A stretch of 64,000 nt of DNA from Candidatus Fermentibacteraceae bacterium (lineage in GTDB: Bacteria > Fermentibacterota > Fermentibacteria > Fermentibacterales > JCC-6), in NCBI GenBank assembly GCA_041750285.1, contig JBGSZS010000007.1:128001-192000 (forward strand), written 5' to 3'. Below are positions 59,583-64,000 of this stretch, in pieces. The position numbers and the translations under genes are program-made. Position 1 is the first letter of the stretch; the number at the start of each line of letters is the position of its first letter. The notes below the pieces were generated by a model. That model was not told the DNA's origin. It saw nothing but the letters and a program-made list of their open reading frames with translations, and made no database searches.

Positions 59583-60400
59583 GACGGGCCTGGTCCCTTC
59601 CCGATCAACGCGGACGGGTGTGAGGCGAAGAACCTGACCATGCTTCGGAAATGGAGCCTGGCAGCCCTGCGGGACGGGCCGGCGCTCTGTCTCCTGCATT
59701 CATGGATGACAACGGCTTCGGGCACGCGCCACACCTCCATCCCGCGTTTCCAGACCCTGTGGCACCATTCCACATCCTCGAAGTACAGGAAGTATGCTTC
59801 GTTCATGAGGCCGACGGTACTCCTGCCCCCGGGCGTGAGCCAGAGGGCCGCGCCCACCAGCCATTGAACGGGTTGCGCCTCATCGGCGTTGAACAGGCCG
59901 AGGTGTCTTTCGACGGCCTTCCTTCCGACTGACGTCCTTCCAAGACGCGTTCGCCGGGCAGCGATGCAGAGCGGCGAAGGCCACGTTCTGGCCGTGGATT
60001 GCAGAACACCATTCACGTCGGTCATCGCCGGCCCGAGGAGCGCGGCCCGGGGATGGGAAAGCGAGAAGCGCACGAGTGATGTGACCGTTCCGGGAAGGAT
60101 CGTGGCGTCAGGGTTCAGGAAGAACAGGAAATCCCCGCGCGCCTCTTTCGCGCCGAGGTTGTTCGCCCGTGCAAGCCCGATATTCTCACTGCCTGCGATC
60201 ACCCTGACGCCGGGACGGTTCGAGACGAGGTCCAGCGTGTTGTCGTTCGAGTGGTTGTCCACCACTATGATGTCGGCGGGCATCTCCCGTCCGGAGAGCG
60301 ACTGGATGGCATTAAGCGCGCGCTCGATGGTCTCTGCGCTGTTGAACGTCGTGATCACCGCAGACCATGTGGGGGTCATGTTCATCTTTTCAACCGTCAT
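59579..60400 (-). CDS. glycosyltransferase family 2 (WbbL-like)
   Basis: VVDNHSND, N.GLARANN, FLNPD, YFLYFEDVEWC. Confidence 0.88.
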   Translation of the reverse strand: MTVEKMNMTPTWSAVITTFNSAETIERALNAIQSLSGREMPADIIVVDNHSNDNTLDLVSNRPGVRVIAGSENIGLARANNLGAKEARGDFLFFLNPDATILPGTVTSLVRFSLSHPRAALLGPAMTDVNGVLQSTARTWPSPLCIAARRTRLGRTSVGRKAVERHLGLFNADEAQPVQWLVGAALWLTPGGRSTVGLMNEAYFLYFEDVEWCHRVWKRGMEVWRVPEAVVIHECRRQSAGPSRRAARLHFRSMVRFFASHPSALIGKGPGPS

Positions 60401-60414
60401 GGGGGTAATATGAA

Positions 60415-60442
60415 GATGGGGGGCGGAAAACCGCCCCCCATC
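60415..60442 (-). terminator. hairpin terminator after HU
   Basis: GATGGGGGGCGG AAAA CCGCCCCCCATC, 12-bp stem. Confidence 0.7.
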
Positions 60443-60456
60443 AAAGGGACTCAGAC

Positions 60457-60729
60457 CTAGAGAACGTTCTCCTTCAAACCTTTGCCGGGCTTGAAGTGAG
60501 GCACCTTCTTGGCGGGGAAGTCAACCCTTTTGCCTGTGCCGGGGACTATGCCCTTCCTGGCGGCTCTTTCCTTCACGCTGAAGGTGCCGAAGCCCACCAG
60601 GCTGACCTTGTCGCCTGTCCAGATCGTCTTGTGGATACCGGCAAGGATCGCCTCGACAGCCTGAGCTGCCTGCTTCTTGGTAATCTGGGCCTGATCGGCA
60701 ACGTGTGCCACGAGTTCGCGCTTGTTCAA
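60457..60729 (-). CDS. hup: HU family DNA-binding protein
   Basis: MNKRELV, VSLVGFGTF, RAARKG, FKPGKGLKE. Confidence 0.93.
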   Translation of the reverse strand: MNKRELVAHVADQAQITKKQAAQAVEAILAGIHKTIWTGDKVSLVGFGTFSVKERAARKGIVPGTGKRVDFPAKKVPHFKPGKGLKENVL

Positions 60730-60774
60730 CTTGCACCCCTTTCTGTTCAAGAGTTACGGACCGGTTTACCTGCA

Positions 60775-60803
60775 ACCTTAGGATGAAGGGAATGCCGTGT
60801 CAA
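60775..60803 (-). promoter_or_regulatory. sigma70 promoter of HU gene
   Basis: TTGACA-N17-TAAGGT. Confidence 0.65.
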
Positions 60804-60817
60804 GGGGTGTGTGGGGC

Positions 60818-62947
60818 TTAGAAGCTGCTGGCGTGCTGTTCAACTTTGATATCGGGGAACACTTTCACGTTTATGCGGAAATAGAACCCAGTGTCGATAT
60901 CCGAAACATGTCTTGTAAAAAGAGCTTCCCAGCTTTCTAAATCCCTGGTTATCGTATAGCTTTGACTTAAAAAATCGTTTTCATCGAAGTCATAATATCC
61001 CTGATAACTTATGCTCCAATTGGGCGTGACATCCACTGAAGCGCTGACCCTGATCTTGTTCAGATCGTCCCCCTCCCCCGAAAGCACCGGAGACCATGTG
61101 TGGGAGAGGTTGAGTCGCCACGGCATGTCCGTGCTTTCCATGGTGTCCGGGGCGAAGGATGGGTCGTACCCGGCAAGCCTCAGGGACGTGGTGAGGGTGA
61201 GATTGTCCATTCTGCCCTCGTATGGGTCCCAGGAACCGTCAGCCCTGATTGAGGCCGATTGAACCGGGGTGATCTCGAGACCGGCCGAGATGTTCGAGAA
61301 GCTCCGGGCTCCGGAGACCGGTTCGGGATCGTAGAGGGAGGAGAGGGACAAGGTTGCAAGGGTGGCCCTTTCCACGCCTGACCTCGATGTCCTCTTGCCC
61401 TCCAGCCGGTTCAGAAGTGACAGGGAGTACTGACTGCCGCCGGATGGAAGGCCGAAGTCACTGAAGACAGGGTATATGCTGTCCGCCAGTCCGACCGGAT
61501 TCGAGACTCCGTTTCCGTCGATGTAGGTGCCAGGCGCCCATGACCATGTAACCGAGGGGCTGATCGTGTGTCTCAGGGAATTGTAGCCCAGACCCTGTCC
61601 GAACACCCCGTAGAGGTCCGTTCCGACCGTGGTGGACACCGAGCCGTGAAACCAGGAGGGGAATGCGTCTCCCTCAAGGCTCCGGTCGTACACCGCGCCC
61701 GTGAACCGGGCCCTTGGAGAGAACGCCATTATCCCCATGAACCGCTGTGAGAAGGTGAGCTCCGACGTCACCTTCAACCCCGCGTCGTACCTTCTGTCGA
61801 TCTCCCTTATCTCCCTTTCGGCAATGTAGTGCAGCGAGGCGTTCCAGTAGAACTGGTCGAGCACCTCCCTGCCGGGGAACAGGGGGGATGATGGAAGGGA
61901 GTAGCGGACGTCCGGCAGGGACACCATGTCCTTGAGCTGGTTTTCGAGGGTGTCGGGGTCGGTGTCGAGATACCTGGTGGCGTCGGCTGCAGCCTGCAGG
62001 GAGCCCCTCCAGAGCCTTCGGGTGAGCGAGAGGTAACTTCGTGCCTCCCTGTTCATCCGCTCCTGAGGGTCGCCCTGAGTATCCTCCAGATAGCTTCTGT
62101 CGCTGAGGAACGAGCCCTGGAGTTTCAGCATCGTGCCGTCCCGCAGCTCGTGCACATGTCCCAGGTTGACCATCCACCTGTCCCTGCTGTTCTCGTACTC
62201 CCTCCGCCACTCGACCCTGAAACCTCCGTCGTGCACGTAACGCAGCCTGTGCCTTTCCTGAAGGGAGAGCGAGAAGCGGGTCTTCTCCATGATGTCCGAC
62301 CTTATCTGGAGGTCGATGTAATCACTGAAACCAAAGTAGTAGCCGAGCTTTCTGAGGTATTTGCCGTCGCGCCCGGACTGGCCGAGCGTGGGAAGCATGA
62401 AGCCCGAACTCCGTCCGCGCCTTATGGGGAAGACGGCGTACGGGAACCAGAAGACCGGCGTGTTCTCAACGTACAGGACGATCGGCCTTGCTATGGCCTT
62501 GTCGTCGGGGAAGACCTTCATCGACGCCGCCCAGAACCACCAGTCCAGGGTGTCGCGCTCGCTGGTGGTGAAGCGGCCGCCTTCGGCGTTGAACTCCCTC
62601 CGGCTCAGCATGGTCACCCGTTCTCCTGTATACAGGGCGCCGTCGTACCAGGTTCTTGCCTCGGTGGTGCGGGCGGTCCTGGAGGGGATGTGGTAGATCA
62701 TTTCGGTGCCCCCTGCAGTTTCGCCGCTCTCCGTTATGGAGGGTTCACCGGTTGCGGTAAGTGTCTCGCGGTCAGGATCGTAGTGGATCGTGTCGGCCTT
62801 GAGGGTCATGTCGAGGTACGAAAGGGATGCCTCGCCGAACAGCTTCAGTACCCCCGGCGTCACTATGTAGTCAAGGGAATCGGCGCTGTATCCCATGGTT
62901 TCCATCGGTGGGGGCTGGGAGATCAGGAGGGTCAGTAGAATCAGCAT
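60818..62947 (-). CDS. lptD: LPS assembly protein LptD-like
   Basis: OstA-like N-terminus (YSADSL, LKADTI), PVFWFPY...RSSGFMLP, long beta-barrel C-terminus with TRDL.SW. Confidence 0.8.
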   Translation of the reverse strand: MLILLTLLISQPPPMETMGYSADSLDYIVTPGVLKLFGEASLSYLDMTLKADTIHYDPDRETLTATGEPSITESGETAGGTEMIYHIPSRTARTTEARTWYDGALYTGERVTMLSRREFNAEGGRFTTSERDTLDWWFWAASMKVFPDDKAIARPIVLYVENTPVFWFPYAVFPIRRGRSSGFMLPTLGQSGRDGKYLRKLGYYFGFSDYIDLQIRSDIMEKTRFSLSLQERHRLRYVHDGGFRVEWRREYENSRDRWMVNLGHVHELRDGTMLKLQGSFLSDRSYLEDTQGDPQERMNREARSYLSLTRRLWRGSLQAAADATRYLDTDPDTLENQLKDMVSLPDVRYSLPSSPLFPGREVLDQFYWNASLHYIAEREIREIDRRYDAGLKVTSELTFSQRFMGIMAFSPRARFTGAVYDRSLEGDAFPSWFHGSVSTTVGTDLYGVFGQGLGYNSLRHTISPSVTWSWAPGTYIDGNGVSNPVGLADSIYPVFSDFGLPSGGSQYSLSLLNRLEGKRTSRSGVERATLATLSLSSLYDPEPVSGARSFSNISAGLEITPVQSASIRADGSWDPYEGRMDNLTLTTSLRLAGYDPSFAPDTMESTDMPWRLNLSHTWSPVLSGEGDDLNKIRVSASVDVTPNWSISYQGYYDFDENDFLSQSYTITRDLESWEALFTRHVSDIDTGFYFRINVKVFPDIKVEQHASSF

Positions 62948-63816
62948 TTTCCGGAGGCCATTGCCGCGGCTCCGAAAGCCCCGGCAGTGGAAGAGTCGGG
63001 CAAAGCAGACACCCTCCAGGGGTTCGGGCAGCGTGACTCGAACTCGTGCCTGGCCTGTTTCCCGAAGAGCTGGAAGCAGGTGCAGAGCCCTCCTGCGAGG
63101 AAGAAGCCCTCGGGGGCCAGGCACTTCGCCAGATTGGCCATTCCCCGCCCCAGCCATGCCCCGTACTCGCTGAATGCCGCTATCGCCTTTTCATCGCCTT
63201 TTCGCGCTTTGGCTGCGATGCCCCTGGGCTCAGTCCTGCCATCGAAGAACGAGATGAGGGCGTCCCTGGCGGCGTACCTTTCCCAGCAGCCCCTGAGCCC
63301 GCACGTACACTTCCTTCCGCCTTCCCTGATGGTCATGTGGCCGAATTCGCCGGCGGTTCCCGTTCCGTAGAGGATCCTCCCCTCGGAGATCACGCAACCG
63401 CCGATCCCCGTTCCCAGGGTGATGAAGAGCCAAAGACCGTTCCCGGGGATGATCCCCTTGTGCAGTGCACCAATTGCGAAGGCGTTGCAGTCGTTGTCCA
63501 CGAAAACCTGTGCCCCCCCGAGCATCCTGGAGAGCGAGGAGGCTATGGGAGTACCGCTCCAGAGGGGAAGGTTCGGGCTGAAGGACAAAAAACCCCTCTT
63601 GATGTCGACCAGACCTGCTATTCCAACACCCACTGCGGCGGGAGAGGGGTCGAACCGTCGAATGACGGCTGCAATGGAGGCGAGAACGGCGGCGGGCTGT
63701 CTGCAGGGCCCGGTGTTGAGAACCTCGGCCATGCAGAAGGCCCCGTCGCAGCCCAGATGACCTACGATGGCGGTGGAACCGCCGATATCCACGCCCCAGA
63801 AGCCGTTGCTACTCAA
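62941..63816 (-). CDS. ROK family sugar kinase
   Basis: GVDIGGS, DNDCNA, TLGTGIGG, GEFGH, CTCG.RGCWE. Confidence 0.9.
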   Translation of the reverse strand: MSSNGFWGVDIGGSTAIVGHLGCDGAFCMAEVLNTGPCRQPAAVLASIAAVIRRFDPSPAAVGVGIAGLVDIKRGFLSFSPNLPLWSGTPIASSLSRMLGGAQVFVDNDCNAFAIGALHKGIIPGNGLWLFITLGTGIGGCVISEGRILYGTGTAGEFGHMTIREGGRKCTCGLRGCWERYAARDALISFFDGRTEPRGIAAKARKGDEKAIAAFSEYGAWLGRGMANLAKCLAPEGFFLAGGLCTCFQLFGKQARHEFESRCPNPWRVSALPDSSTAGAFGAAAMASGKC

Positions 63817-64000
63817 TTCCCAGTATTTCGCCTTCCCTCACCGTGAGCAGGGGCCATGACACCCTGACATCGGTGGAGCTTCCAAGAACACACCTGCCGC
63901 TCGCGCCGAACCACGCCCCCCTGTCTGCCAGTTTTCGCTGCACCCCTGCCCTTGACCGGCCTCCCGTATGCCATGCTTCCAGAATGATACCGGCGGCATC
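63809..64000 (-). CDS. C-terminal fragment of a possible periplasmic binding/LppC-like protein
   Basis: Manual translation DAAGIILEAW...FGASGRCVL...LLTVREGEILGIE*; runs off the right edge. Confidence 0.45.
   Translation of the reverse strand, partial: DAAGIILEAWHTGGRSRAGVQRKLADRGAWFGASGRCVLGSSTDVRVSWPLLTVREGEILGIE

Overview
This is a gene-dense, GC-rich (about 60% by eye) bacterial chromosome window with about 58 protein genes. I saw no rRNA, tRNA, CRISPR or mobile element. A Por/T9SS-like C-terminal tail, LptD, a fused FTCD, a DUF6909-like protein and many FG-GAP proteins suggest an anaerobic FCB-superphylum organism, possibly Ca. Fermentibacterota (inference). Housekeeping and metabolic genes include groES/groL, trxA/trxB plus a PDO, pdxS/pdxT, hutH, ftcD, transketolase, a two-domain thyX, zupT, HU, lptD, a ROK protein, two tldD/tldE pairs and two glycan-priming clusters. 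The strongest candidate for an undescribed system is a compact 7-gene operon (20793-30437) resembling the Myxococcus Agl-Glt trans-envelope motor. It encodes an outer-membrane barrel with a coiled-coil tail, a 1454-aa GltC/GltD-like TPR fusion, a GltF/CglF-like protein, a MotA/TolQ, two ExbD proteins (one with an Asp/Asn swap) and a GltG-like AgmX/PglI protein, and it is divergent from an FG-GAP surface protein. Other notable items are a cluster of two B12 radical SAM genes, an acyltransferase and a geranylgeranyl-reductase-like gene; a signal-less GH84 O-GlcNAcase coupled to thyX; an in-frame amber codon separating a beta-propeller from its secretion tail; two CCC-TGA sites with open +1 frames in one operon; and sigma54-type promoters before groES and trxA. 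All family calls come from motif recognition by eye. No database searches were run.
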